Source: Octopus sinensis
Taxonomy: Eukaryota
Assembly (NCBI RefSeq): GCF_006345805.1
Contig: NC_043021.1
Coordinates: forward strand, 25,668,001 to 25,732,000
Length of the DNA stretch: 64,000 nucleotides
Reading direction: 5' to 3'
Under the pieces are notes generated by a model that ran no database searches, was not told the origin of the DNA, and saw only the letters and a list, made by a program, of their open reading frames with translations. Positions within the stretch are counted from its first letter, which is position 1. Each line of letters begins with the position of its first letter. The position numbers and the translations under genes are program-made. Shown here in pieces: positions 1 to 11,261 of the stretch.

Positions 1-201
1 ACATTGCACATCTTTACTTTAGGCATAACAGCTGCAGCCTGCAGGGGCAAAACTTTGCATTTAGGAGGCACAAGCACTTACACACACACGTACACACACG
101 ATGATAACTTCTGCCCACCAAATTTAATCACAAGGCTTTGGTCAGCCCAAGGCTATAGCAAAAGACACTTGCCTAAAGTGCCACTTATATGCATGCATGC
201 A

Positions 202-233
<32 letters not shown>

Positions 234-1387
234 CACTCACAGACGCATGCACTTGCCCACACAATGTGTACTCTTCTCTCTGAATAAATCAATAAAAAGC
301 CAATTGAATGAAATCTTAATCTCGGGACATGTACGACTGTTGAACATGTGACAAACATAAGTGTGTAAATACATGTAACACAAAAGTGTGATACAAGGAT
401 GTAACACAAGGGTGTAGCACAAAGAGAACAATGAGTAACTTTGTTTTTGTGTCACAAAATATACAAAACAACACGTGTGTATATATTTATTTCTATTGTA
501 CATCTTTCAATTTTGAGGAATAAACTTTTTTTATTTTTTATCTGCTTTTGTTTAAATTTAATGCCAAATAACTTAAAAACTACAAATGTGTGTGTGTGTG
601 GGTGGGTGGGTGGGTGGATGAACAGTGAGGACGGGTACTCAATCGCATCGTTTTATTTCTGCATGGCCTCAGGTTTCTTGCATTGGATGTAATTTCTAAA
701 ATGCTCCTCACTAAAAACGATAGTAAAAGAAACTTCATTTTTAATGTGAAACACTTGAAAATCGAGACATAGAATGCAAGAAACTCAAGCTTATCCACAA
801 AATCTGCAAACAAAGAATACGTTTGTTTGACTAAAACTTCTTTGAGGCATGGACACGGTCGAATGGCTGGAACAAGGAAAAGATAAAAGATACATTAGGT
901 GTGTGTGTACGTGTGCATATGTGTGTGCACGTGTCTATGCGTGTGCGTATTTGGTTCACTGGAATGGCTGCATGGTTCAGAAATTTGTTTCCTAACCATG
1001 TGGTTTCACATTCCATGTCATTCATTTCCAACATTCTGTGAAAACATGTCTGGTCACAAGGAGATGCTACTTTGCTTGGAAACAGATTGAGGCCTTGGTA
1101 ACAGGAAGCGCATCCAACCAGAGAAAATTTGCCTCTATGAACTCTGTTTGATGCAGACAAGCATCAAAATGTGGACTTTAAAACAACCCTTTATTTTTGA
1201 ATGGGAATCTTCTGAAGGGAGGATTTAGCTTGTTGAGAGAAACACTTTAAAGCAATCATTGCTCACATGTGATAGACATCTCTGCTTTTCTTTTGCAAAC
1301 TCAACTAATTAAATGACTCAGTAGATTAGAAAATTACTATATTAAAATCTCACAATGTGAGATATCCAGCAACAGTACTTTGTAGTA

Positions 1388-1621
1388 AAGATTGTTTGCC
1401 AACATAACATGGCAGTCCTGGTTTAGGACGAATGTTACTGTAATTTAGCCCCAGGAGACATTGTCTCCAGCTGGCTATATGACAAGATCTGTGTCCTTGT
1501 TCAAAAGTGTAAGGACATAAATTGTGTCGCATAGCCAGCTGGAGACGATGTCTACTGGGGCTAAATTACAGAAATATTCGTCCTAAACCAGGACTGCCAT
1601 GTTATGTTGGCAAACAATCTT
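1388..1621. repeat. Fold-back element (111-bp arms, 12-nt loop, about 91% identity)
   Basis: 1388-1498 is the reverse complement of 1511-1621, with about 10 mismatches by hand. Confidence 0.92.
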
Positions 1622-1829
1622 GACTCAATAGATGTTCCAGATTCCAATTTTTAATTTTGAGAGGCCTTGAAGTGGAAACAGGATGCTGCTTGATGCTGGT
1701 CTGCAAGGGTTTATTAGATTGAGAAAAGTTGTGAAAAGGCGGAATGCTTTTCAGATTCAGATTTTATACAACACAACATAATGTTGGCTTGTGTGTGACA
1801 TGCAGAAATACCAACAAAAGGCACGATTT

Positions 1830-1886
1830 ATACAGATACATACTCACACATACATGTGCACACACACATATATATATATACATACA

Positions 1887-1938
<52 letters not shown>

Positions 1939-1985
1939 CATACATACATATATATACATACATACATATACATATATATATATAT

Positions 1986-2049
<64 letters not shown>

Positions 2050-2155
2050 GTAGTATGTATGTATGTGTACGTATATATATATATATGTGTGTGTGTGTAT
2101 ACATATAAATATATATTTATATATACATATATACACATACATACACACACACTCA
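1830..2155. repeat. Compound microsatellite (CA)/(TACA)/(TA)/(TATG)/(TG)
   Basis: Seen directly. It explains the stacked spurious ORFs at 1744-2190. Confidence 0.98.
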
Positions 2156-2394
2156 TATTTTTTTTATCAAACCTGCAAAAACATCACTAAATCTGTTACT
2201 CAGAGTCTCACGTTCCCATTTGTCAGTCAGTTGTGAACGGTCTTCATCACAACTGTTCCTGCAGTTTTAATAAAACAGCAGAGTGCTCTACCTTTGGTGT
2301 TTCAGTACTATTTTATCCGCCTTGCTTTGCATTTATGTGCTTACTCGTATGCACGCACGTCTGTGCATATATATATATATATAATATATATATA

Positions 2395-2430
<36 letters not shown>

Positions 2431-2433
<3 letters not shown>

Positions 2434-2596
2434 AATTAAGGCTACCATTGGTTTCATGTTAAGAAAAGTAGGAAACTCGTGTTTTCCAAAATGGAGGCAA
2501 ACATCTTTCTCCATGTAATCAACTTGAAAAATTGTTAAGACCCTGGCATAGTTTCCTACTCTTTTTAACATGAAACCAGGGGTAACCTTAATTCAC
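2431..2596. repeat. MITE-like element with 47-bp TIRs (contains TTAA-GG...CC-TTAA; Kolobok-like, tentative)
   Basis: 2431-2477 versus the reverse complement of 2550-2596 matches 42/47. Confidence 0.8.
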
Positions 2597-3035
2597 AAAT
2601 AAAGAAATTATATCCACCAATGTGGTGTTGAGAACTCGTTGTCGATGTGTATGTGTGTGTGTGTGTATGTGTGTGTGTGTGTGTACACTTCCCTGAAAGG
2701 CCGAAATTCTCTCCACGAAATGGTGAAGATGTATGAGGCTTACAATGTAAGGGCAATAACTCTGCCATGTCCTATCAGGGAAAACCCTGGAAGATGATTG
2801 CCGTTCAAGAGAAAGTTACTTGTTAAGTTTATGGACGGAGATGATGCTGTATAAAATCTTGTTGTTAAGAGCCTCACTACAGCAACAAGCAACAGTGCTC
2901 TGTGAAAGGCCCACATCGCATCAGAACCTGGAGCAATGTTACCACCGCAGTATGAAAAGCCTCTTCTCAGCCCCCGTTAAACACCCAATGCCAAGTCCTC
3001 CGAATCTGCGCAACCCCGAACTGTTTGGGATGTGA

Positions 3036-3419
3036 CTCTTTATACACATATCCTTTTGCTTATTGAATTAAAAAATTTTTGTCTTTCTTTTGTGTTAAAA
3101 ATATTAACTTAAAGATTATTAAAAAATCATGTTTCAAACACCAGCTTAATAACTTCAAAGTTATCTTAGTAAATTCTTCAATATTTTGAAAATTAATTGA
3201 AACAAAAGCAGTTTATATTAACGGAAAAATTAATGTAATAAAGAGATTTGTTTCAATTAATTTTCAAAATATTGAAGAATTTACTAAAATAACTTTGAAG
3301 TTATTAAGCTGGTGTTTGAAACATGATTTTTTAATAATCTTTAAGTTAATATTTTTAACACAAAAGAAAGACAAAAAAATTTTTTAATTCAATAAGCAAA
3401 AGGATATGTGTATAAAGAG
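3036..3419. repeat. Near-perfect long inverted repeat (171/173-bp arms, 40-bp spacer)
   Basis: Arms 3036-3206 and 3247-3419 differ by one substitution and a 2-nt homopolymer indel. Confidence 0.95.
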
Positions 3420-4139
3420 ATAGATAGATATGAATGTCTTCCTGGGGCTAAAAACAACAGTAACACCGTCCTCTAGAGGACCGCCACATTTAGTTGACAA
3501 ATATATTTTGTGATTAAACGGACGGGGATAAACAGACACACAAATAAATAAATGGATGGAAAAGTTCAAAATTTAAAATTGGGGGGAAGGGGTGAAATTT
3601 GAGCCCCTTATTAAACTTTATAACATTAATGATTCAACTTTGTTTCTCATAAAGTGGTATTTATTTAATTTACATTTAATTATTATTCTCGATTATTTAA
3701 GGCAAACACAAGTAGAAGACAAATTCTTTTGACTTTAATGTTTTTGTCTGGAATTCATTCCGATTTGCATATGTTCGTCAATTTGCTACGATCTCTTTAA
3801 ACAAAATCAAAAATTTAAATGGAGGGGGGGAATTATTATTTTTTTTGCATATTTGTAATCTCCGACACCTAAAACGTAGGAATCCGAAAAAAAAAATTTT
3901 ATGCATTTTTTAAGAAGTGCGAAACAGCATCCCCCCCCTCCAGTTGCGTACTGGGGTCGATCTAATCGACTGACCCCTGCCGCAAAAATTTCGGGCCTTG
4001 TGCCTTGAGTAGAAAAAAAATATTGAAATTTTCGCGGTAAATTTTAATGTAGATCACTTTTAAACAGAAAGTTTGTACCCATGAACCAGGAACAGTTTCA
4101 GGCAGTTTGGTAGCAAAGGGATTGAAAACGGCCCTAATT

Positions 4140-4472
4140 AAATACCGAGGTCCCGATATGGAGGGGAGGTAATCTAGTTTTACCAAAACTACTGTTACTG
4201 ATGTAAGGGGCCCCACAATATCGTCTGTTTTTAATCTGATGCTTTTACAGTGCACACTCGTATGGGTTAGTTAAGATGGCGAAAGTAAAGAATACGCACA
4301 ACCGGCATTTAGGGTTAGGGTTACGTAGAAAACAGATGGTGTACGTATTCTTTACCTCTGCCGGTTAGGAGTTTTTAGTTTCGACTTACACTAGGGCCGC
4401 TTAAGCAAAGTCACAGATTAGATTACCTCCCCTTTATATCGTTAACGTAAATTCGGCGGGAACTCTGTATTT
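4140..4472. repeat. Nested inverted-repeat element with internal (TTAGGG)2TTA
   Basis: Pairs are 4140-4154/4458-4472 (13/15), 4155-4176/4419-4440 (20/22) and 4285-4300/4340-4355 (15/16). Telomeric motif at 4309-4323. Confidence 0.75.
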
Positions 4473-4732
4473 GAGTAGTAGCAAAAATAGTTCCTTAGAT
4501 TATAAATGGATAAACTAATTTGCCTCTTAAATAGTTTTATCCTCGTTGCTATTATCATGTAATGTTTACTTTTTTCCCGCTGGTATGGGTCAGACAGAGT
4601 TTAACGGGGGAAAGTTTCTGTGATTGGTTATCCTTGTTCCTTCTGTTTTCAAGCAAGGACAAACATTCACCGAATATCAGGAGGGAATGACATTTGTCAA
4701 GACAAGGTGACACATACAAATATATATATATA

Positions 4733-5973
4733 TCATCATCATCATCGTTTAACGTCCGTTTTTCCATGCTAGCATGGGTTGGACGGTTCAACTGGGGTCT
4801 GGGAAGCCAGAAGGCTGCGCCAGGCCCAGTCTGATCTGGCAGTGTTTCTACAGCCGGATGCCCTTCCTAACGCCAACCACTCCGAGAGTGTAGTGGGTGC
4901 TTTTTATGTGCCACCTGCACAGGTGACAGACGAGGCTGGCAAACGGCCACAATCGGATGGTGCTTTTTACCTGCCACCGGCACGGAGGCCAGTCAGGGCG
5001 GTGCTGGCAACGGCCACGTTCGGATGGTTCTCTTACGTGCCACCGGCACTGGTATCTCAGCTGCAATTTCCATTGATGTTGAAAGATTTCGATTTTCACT
5101 TGCCTCATCAGGTCTTCACAAGTAGGGTTTGTGTCACAAGAAGGAAAGGTATGCATAAGTGGGCTGGCTATGTCCCAGGTAGAGGCCACGGGTTATGGTC
5201 TCACTTGTCCTGCCGGGTCTTCCCACGCACAGCATACTTCCAAAGGTCTCAGTCTCTGGTCATTTCCTCGGCGAGACTTAAAGTTGGAAGGTCATTCTTC
5301 ACCACCTCATCCCAGGTTTTCCTGGGTCTACCTCTTCCACAGGTTCCCTCAACCACCAGGGTGTGGTACTTTTTCACACAACTATCTTCATCCATTCTCG
5401 CCACATGACCATACCAGTGCAAACATCTCTCTTGCACACCACAACTGATGCTTCTTAGGTCCAACTTTTCTCTCGAGGTACTTACACTCTGTCGAGTATG
5501 AACACTGACATTACACATCCATCGGAGCATATTGGCTTCATTTCTTGCGAGCTTACGCATATCCTCAGCAGTCAAGACCCAAGTTTCACTGCCTGTTCGT
5601 ACACATGAGTCATACAATCTGCCTTTTATTCTGAGCGAGAGGCCTTTTGTCACCAGCAGAGGTAAGAGCTCTCTGAACTTTGCCCAGGCTATTCTTACTC
5701 TAGCAGATACACTTTCAGCACACACAGCCTTCCTTTGACATTGCTGCACCTCTTATGTGTCCATAGCTTACACTGGGTGCATCTTATAGAGTTTCTACCT
5801 ACGCCTTTTCTACAGATCGAGCAGGGCCATCTACCTGAAGGCATTTGTGATTTGCCTGCCTTCCTACATATTAGGACTTTGGTTTTAGCTAGGTTGATTT
5901 TAAGGCCCTTCGATTCTAATCCTTGTCTCCATACTTGAAACTTTGCCTCTAGTTCTGATAGTGACTCAGCAAT
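4733..5973 (-). mobile_element. 5'-truncated, internally deleted RTE-clade LINE (ORF2 C-terminal part, 3' UTR and (GAT)n tail)
   Basis: ORFs 5695..6018 (GLESKGLKINLAKTKVL) and 5249..5749 (ARVRIAWAKFRELL...GSETW...LHWYGHVARM...GRGRPRKTWDEVV) are typical RTE RT/thumb motifs. Ends in a trinucleotide tail at 4733-4746. Confidence 0.92.
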
Positions 5974-5984
5974 TATATATATAT

Positions 5985-6273
5985 AAATAATTGCAGTGTG
6001 GAAGGTGTTTATAAGCAATTTAAGAAATACACAAAAACCGTTAGATTCACTTCAACATTTAAATTTAATTTGTCAAAATATTTTCGGCGCTTTCAGACTG
6101 TGACCTCTTCACTGACAAAATGAGATGCAGCACGAAGTTCTGTCAGTGAAGAGGTCGCGGTTTGAAAGTGACGAAAATATTTTGACAAATTAAATTTAAA
6201 TATTGAAGTGAATCTAACGGTTTTTGTGTATTTCTTAAATTGCTTATAAACACCTTCCACGCTGCAATTGTTT
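5985..6273. repeat. Fold-back element (about 136-bp arms, 17-nt loop) embedded in (TA)n
   Basis: 5985-6120 versus the reverse complement of 6138-6273 shows about 9 mismatches. Confidence 0.93.
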
Positions 6274-6779
6274 ATATATATATATATATATATACACATG
6301 CACATTCTAGCCCAAGGGCACAAGCCCCCAAATAGTAATTCTTTACTCTTTGGGGTTAGGGTTTCTCCATCATGGTTTCTGCCCCTTTAGACAGTGTGAG
6401 TAATACGCCCCATAGTCCAACCCCTGCAACCCAAACCAGCAGGCTTAATTTAATTTAACACTGACTAACCTTGTTAGTAAATATACTTCATTTCTGATCC
6501 ATCTGAGACAAGTAAGCAAAGCATTCGATACTCCAACTCTTACTCTTTGCTATGTCCTTCCACATCCCTCACACAATCAAAGTGATATTCTGTAGCTGTA
6601 CATGTAAACAGTATGGTGTGGAAAACTACTCACTTCAAACTGCACACGTATTTCACCACAAAAATTCTTCTAAGCCCACATCTTAAAATATCTTTTCATC
6701 TTTGTCATCATCATTTCCTTTGATCTCCACCTGCACACCAACATGAGATGGTTGCCAGCATAGTATTCAATGTTTGAAG

Positions 6780-7120
6780 AGAGCATTAAAGGAAACTATG
6801 CCAAGACTTGTCCAGATTGCTAACCTCTGTTTCTCTTTCCATTCATCATGCCTTCCAAATAGATCATGTTGGTGTCACAAACCATTCGTTTAGTATGGCC
6901 AAGCAATTTGAGTAATTATTTTTGATGACAGAGGCGATTGGTGATAACTGGGTTGTCTTTGAGCTTCCAGTCTGACCTGGTCTGAGAGTTTGGTGTTCGT
7001 AATAAGTTGCATCACATGATTCTCAAAGACTTCCAGTTTCTGTAGTGCAACAAGAATCCAGCTGACACATTCCAGCCCACATAAAACTACTGGAAGAACA
7101 TAGGAACAAGGTATTTAACA
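6780..7120 (-). mobile_element. Old RTE-like ORF2 C-terminal fragment
   Basis: Manual translation gives YVLPVVLCGLECVSWILVALQKLEVFENHVMQLIT, similar to V.P.LLYG.E.W...KLE.F. Confidence 0.55.
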
Positions 7121-7430
7121 AGAATCAAAAATGATTTGAAAGCCTCCATTCTCCAACACTCAAGCTACTTACCAGCCTGGCAGAAAAACCATAGAACAAA
7201 TTTTTGCTTTTGAACAAATAACCAAGAAATCCATAGAATTCAACTGATTTGACCAAAGCCTTTGGTAATGTAAAGCTTTCTTGTCTCTAGAAATTTCTTG
7301 AAAGAATGAGAATCAACATCATACATAAACCTACTAAAACTCTCAATAATTCAAAGGTCTTCATCAAGACAGATATTGGCCCCTCCAGATTTCTAAATAT
7401 CTTAAAAGGAGTGAAGCACTATCTTTTACT
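7120..7430 (+). mobile_element. Old RTE-like RT N-terminal fragment
   Basis: Manual translation gives YQPGRKTIEQIFAFEQITKKSIEFN...LTKAFGNV...KGVK, matching non-LTR RT motifs. Confidence 0.55.
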
Positions 7431-8034
7431 TTCCAAACACCAAAATGTAAGAACTTCACCACTCACTTAGAACCAATGTAGTTTGTGTCTTGATTTTGTC
7501 ATTTCCATTCCTCCTCAAACAACTCCTGCCAACTCCTGTCCTCAGCAAATTCCTCAATATGTCTCTCTACAGAAATCTACGGAAACCTGTTGTAGTGCCT
7601 CATCCCCACTTAACAATGGTAACCGACCCCACCTCAGACATCAGCTAATCACTTTCACTTCCAACACATCAAAGCCGATCTTGGCCATTAATAACCACTT
7701 AATTATTACTTCTAATGATTCTAAGCTACTAAATACTTTTATTCTTCAAACTTCTGACATTACAAAGACCCCCCTCCCAACCCTGCATCTCGTCAAGTTT
7801 GCATAGGTTCTTGGGGAACCTTGGAAACCTCACAGCTGACTCCCCAACAACACTAATTCATAATCCTTTCCATCAACAGGAAATATTGCCCTCATAACTT
7901 CCTTATTAAAACAACACAAAGTAATCTACAAAGCAAGACCCACCACATCTCTTTCTATTTACTTTCCAGATGCGGACAACACAAGAGTTGGAAATTCTCA
8001 TTCCTTATGAAATTAACTTGTTAAATTAGAGATA

Positions 8035-9030
8035 AGTGTGATAAGAAGCTCACTTCCCAAACACATGGTTCTGGGTTCAGTCTCACTGTATGGTGCCTTG
8101 GGCAAGTATCTTCTAACATAACCTCAGGCTGATCAAAACCTTACAAATGGAATTGGTAGACAGAAACTGAAAGAAGCCCGTAGTATATTTATACATATTT
8201 ATATATATATGCAAATTTTAGGTTAGTTAAAATGCTTGTGATGTATTTCAACTTCTAAAGCCAAATTCACAGCAATTACTGTGGAGGAAAATTCTCTTAT
8301 GGGAAAAAGGTGTAAAAATACCATATCCGCCCAGTGTCGCCACCTGTTGGACTCCCAGACATCAATGTTTCTAGCTCTTTATCCATTATCAATGGAAAAT
8401 ACCTAAGAGAGACAACTCTGGACAGACATTATCAAAGCTGTAGCTTTACCTAAAACAGTCAACAACATTGACTGATTTGTACCAGTAAACTATTGAGTTT
8501 GTGAAAATTACCATAATATCAACGCCAAGCATTGTTTACGCATAAGCAAAGTTGAGGTCAGTTAAACTATGTTTGTGACATATTTCAGCTGCTAAAAGTC
8601 AAAGTCACTGCAGAGAATAATTCTCTCTTATGGTAAAGGAGTAAAAACACCATATCAACCCAGTGTCACCATCTGTCAGGATTCCCAGGCATCAATGTTG
8701 CACCTTTTTTACCATAAGAGAGAATTTTTCTCCACCATAACTGCAGTGAATTTGCCTTTTAGCAGTTGAAGTACTTTACAAACTAATATTTAACTAACCT
8801 TCCACCCAAGCCAGCATGGAAGACAAACATTAAACAATGATGACAAACTTTGCTTAGGCCTAAACACATGGCTGTGTGGTGAGAAGTTTGATTCCCAGCC
8901 ATACGGTTCTGGGTTCAGTCCCACTGCATGGCACCTTGGGCAAGTGTCTACTACTATAGCCTTTGACTGGCCAAGGTCTTGTGAGTGGATTTGGTAGACG
9001 GAAACTGAAAGAATCCCATTGTATGTAAAT
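8035..9030 (+). mobile_element. Two partial SINE-A 5' halves (8035-8185, 8866-9030); others at about 100-187(-), 10270-10530(+), 10808-11010(-), 11957-12120(-), 14150-14295(-), 20305-20460(+), 38125-38290(+), 41020-41165(-), 60590-60690(+)
   Basis: Shared ggttctgggttcagtcccactg..ggcaccttgggcaagtgtcttctactatagc core or the 3' catggcc.cagtc...gactgaaacaag end. Confidence 0.8.
8220..8800. mobile_element. Non-autonomous TIR element (about 100-bp TIRs) with internal duplication of its left end
   Basis: AGGTTAGTTAA...TTAACTAACCT termini. 8220-8370 is repeated directly at about 8561-8700 and its first 100 bp or so is inverted at 8701-8800. Confidence 0.75.
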
Positions 9031-9348
9031 GTATACATTGTACTAAACCGTTAATTCCTACACATTGTTTCTCTCTCTTAATCCTTTCTATCAAAGACTT
9101 CCATTCTTCTCAAGCCTCAGACTAATACACCTGCTTGTTGTTTCCTCACCTGTCTTCGTCTTTTGGTTTCTGTAAATTTGAACAATATATATGTCATGAT
9201 CATCATTCAACGTCCATTGTCCAGGCTGGCATGGTTGGGATGGTGTGACCAGAGCTGGCAAGAGAGGAGGAGCTGCAACAGACTCCAGTCTGATTTGGCA
9301 TCGTTTTTACAGTTGGATGCCTTTCATAACGCCAATATATATAATGTG

Positions 9349-9393
<45 letters not shown>

Positions 9394-10544
9394 GTATGTA
9401 TGTATGTATGTATTTAAGCAGAGTTAGCGACTATAGTAACCGACGAAAGGATAAAATACCCATATTTACTATCAGTGTTAGTTACCTGTGTCATCTCTGG
9501 GCATGGGTATACAAGCACACTATGCTCCTATGGTACAGGTAACAAGAGAATAAACAAAAGTTTGTCAGGAATCAAATTTAAATAATCAGGAAATGGAGAA
9601 AACCTCAGATCAACAAACAAATCGATTGGACTGCATCTGTGGATTATTTTTGAATCCAAAACATTTCTGTGACACAAAAATTCTTACAGCTGTTTCTGCT
9701 TCCAGTGTCAGTCAGTGCCTACGAAAGAATTGTGAAAATAATATTCTTCATCTTCATAGGGTATTCAAACTGATTTCTTTTATTGGGCACAAGGCCTCTT
9801 ATAAAGATGGGACGCTATTCGAACTAGCAGATGGAGCTTCATCCGAGTGAATGCAAAAGTGTCCAAAAAATAAGCAAATGGAAGAGGGAATAGGAAAGAA
9901 AGCATGGCCTAGAGAAGAAGCCTGGAGGCCTAATATATTAAAATCATACAACCTTCCATTATGGGGCTTCGAAGTCGGTAGGCAGAAGAAGAATCAAGCA
10001 ATGGTCTTGGGAAAGGATTTTTTTCTGATTGTTTCCATATAAAGGGGGAACCAGGATGTTTTGAAAGTTGTGAAAAGAAGATAGCAAGAAAGATAATACA
10101 AGGAAATTACTAACATGTCTAGAAAGAGAGCAGTACCTGTGTGATGGTAAATAATGCCAGCTGGTATTTATCCAAACCAATGCGTTAGGGTTCTTATGAT
10201 AGTGTACTTACGGAAATGTAGGGATGGATAGACTTTGGTCTCTGTAAAATAAGCGTATGGACGTGTGGGGTTATTATGTGTATGTGCAAATACATGGGCT
10301 TATGTGTGTGTCTGTGTTTGCCTCCCACCTCTGCTTGACAACCAGTGTTTGTATGTTTATGTCCCTGTAACTTAGAGGTTCGGCAAAAGAGACCAACAGA
10401 ATAAATACCAGGCTTTAAAACAAATATAATACTAATAAGTTCCTGGGGTTGATTCATATGGCTAAAAATTCTTTTGAGATGGTGCCCCAGCATGGCCACA
10501 GTCTAATGACTGAAACAAGTAAGAGATTAACAAAAGAAAGCTCA

Positions 10545-10655
10545 TTAGGTCATTGTTTTAGCAGCAACTTTTCTGTGCTGTCATCGGTCAGTTTGAATTT
10601 GTTGAAGGCCATCTTCTCCAGCCAGATGTCCTCCCGGCTGCCAGCCGTCACCTGT
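10545..10655 (-). mobile_element. Possible L2/CR1-type RT fragment
   Basis: Manual translation gives EDIWLEKMAFNKFKLTDDSTEKLLL, similar to the DI..WM..NKLKLN.DKTE.LL motif that follows YADD. Confidence 0.4.
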
Positions 10656-11261
10656 TTGCAGGCAGGTTACTATTTGCCCAGAATCAAATGTGTTGATATG
10701 GACGATCCAAACGGAAGCCCACTCCCCCTCGTTTGACGGTGAGGACACTTGTCTTACAACTTCCCCACAATGTCAAGACAGGGACACACACCCACGTGTC
10801 TTTTATCTTTTATCTTGTTTCAGTAATTAGACCAAGGCCATGCTGGAGCACCGCCTCGAAGAATCTTTTTAGTTGAATGAATCACCCTCACTACTTATTG
10901 TTTTTTTTTAAGCCTGGTACTTATTCTGTCAGTCTCTTTTGCCAAACTGCTAAGTTGCGGGGGCATAAAAGCACCAACACTAGTTGTCTAGCAGTGGTGG
11001 GGAAACACACACACATTACATACGAGGGTTTGGTAACAGATTGTCATAAGCGCCACAACTTAAAAACCAAGAGAAACGCAGTTGAAGTTTCGTGACTTTC
11101 AGAATGTGATATCTCTGCAAAGAATGAATTTAGGAAGCTGGTTTTTGGTCTTAAAATGACCGTGAAAACCTCCTCTAATCATTCCATCTTTGTAAAATTA
11201 TTTATCTATGTATGCAGCTGAAAGATGAAACAATGACTCATTTTGTAGAATATACTGTGCG

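Noticed and set aside
580-813. Possible signal-peptide exon (ttgcag| ... aaaaATG MKFLLLSFLVRSILEITSNARNL) as partner for the 12.3-kb first exon
   Set aside because: The hydrophobic core is short and broken by R/E, no convincing donor follows, and the frame runs into a (CA) repeat. Splicing from the 12269 ATG gives only a 21-aa ORF.
1744-2190. Six overlapping ORFs of 65-148 aa
   Set aside because: They are translations of a compound CA/TA/TACA microsatellite (YI/HT/CV repeats), not genes. The same applies to ORFs at 4-503, 9163-9427 and 52248-52673.
4779-5408. Longest ORF in the window (209 aa, + strand)
   Set aside because: It is antisense to the RTE LINE C-terminus and 3' UTR and has no recognisable domain. 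The same N-terminal peptide recurs in the repeat copy at 11198-11398.
6138-6185. Hammerhead-ribozyme-like text (gtgaagag...gaaa) in the fold-back arm
   Set aside because: The core would need CUGANGA, but both arms read GUGAAGA and no proper stem II/III is evident.
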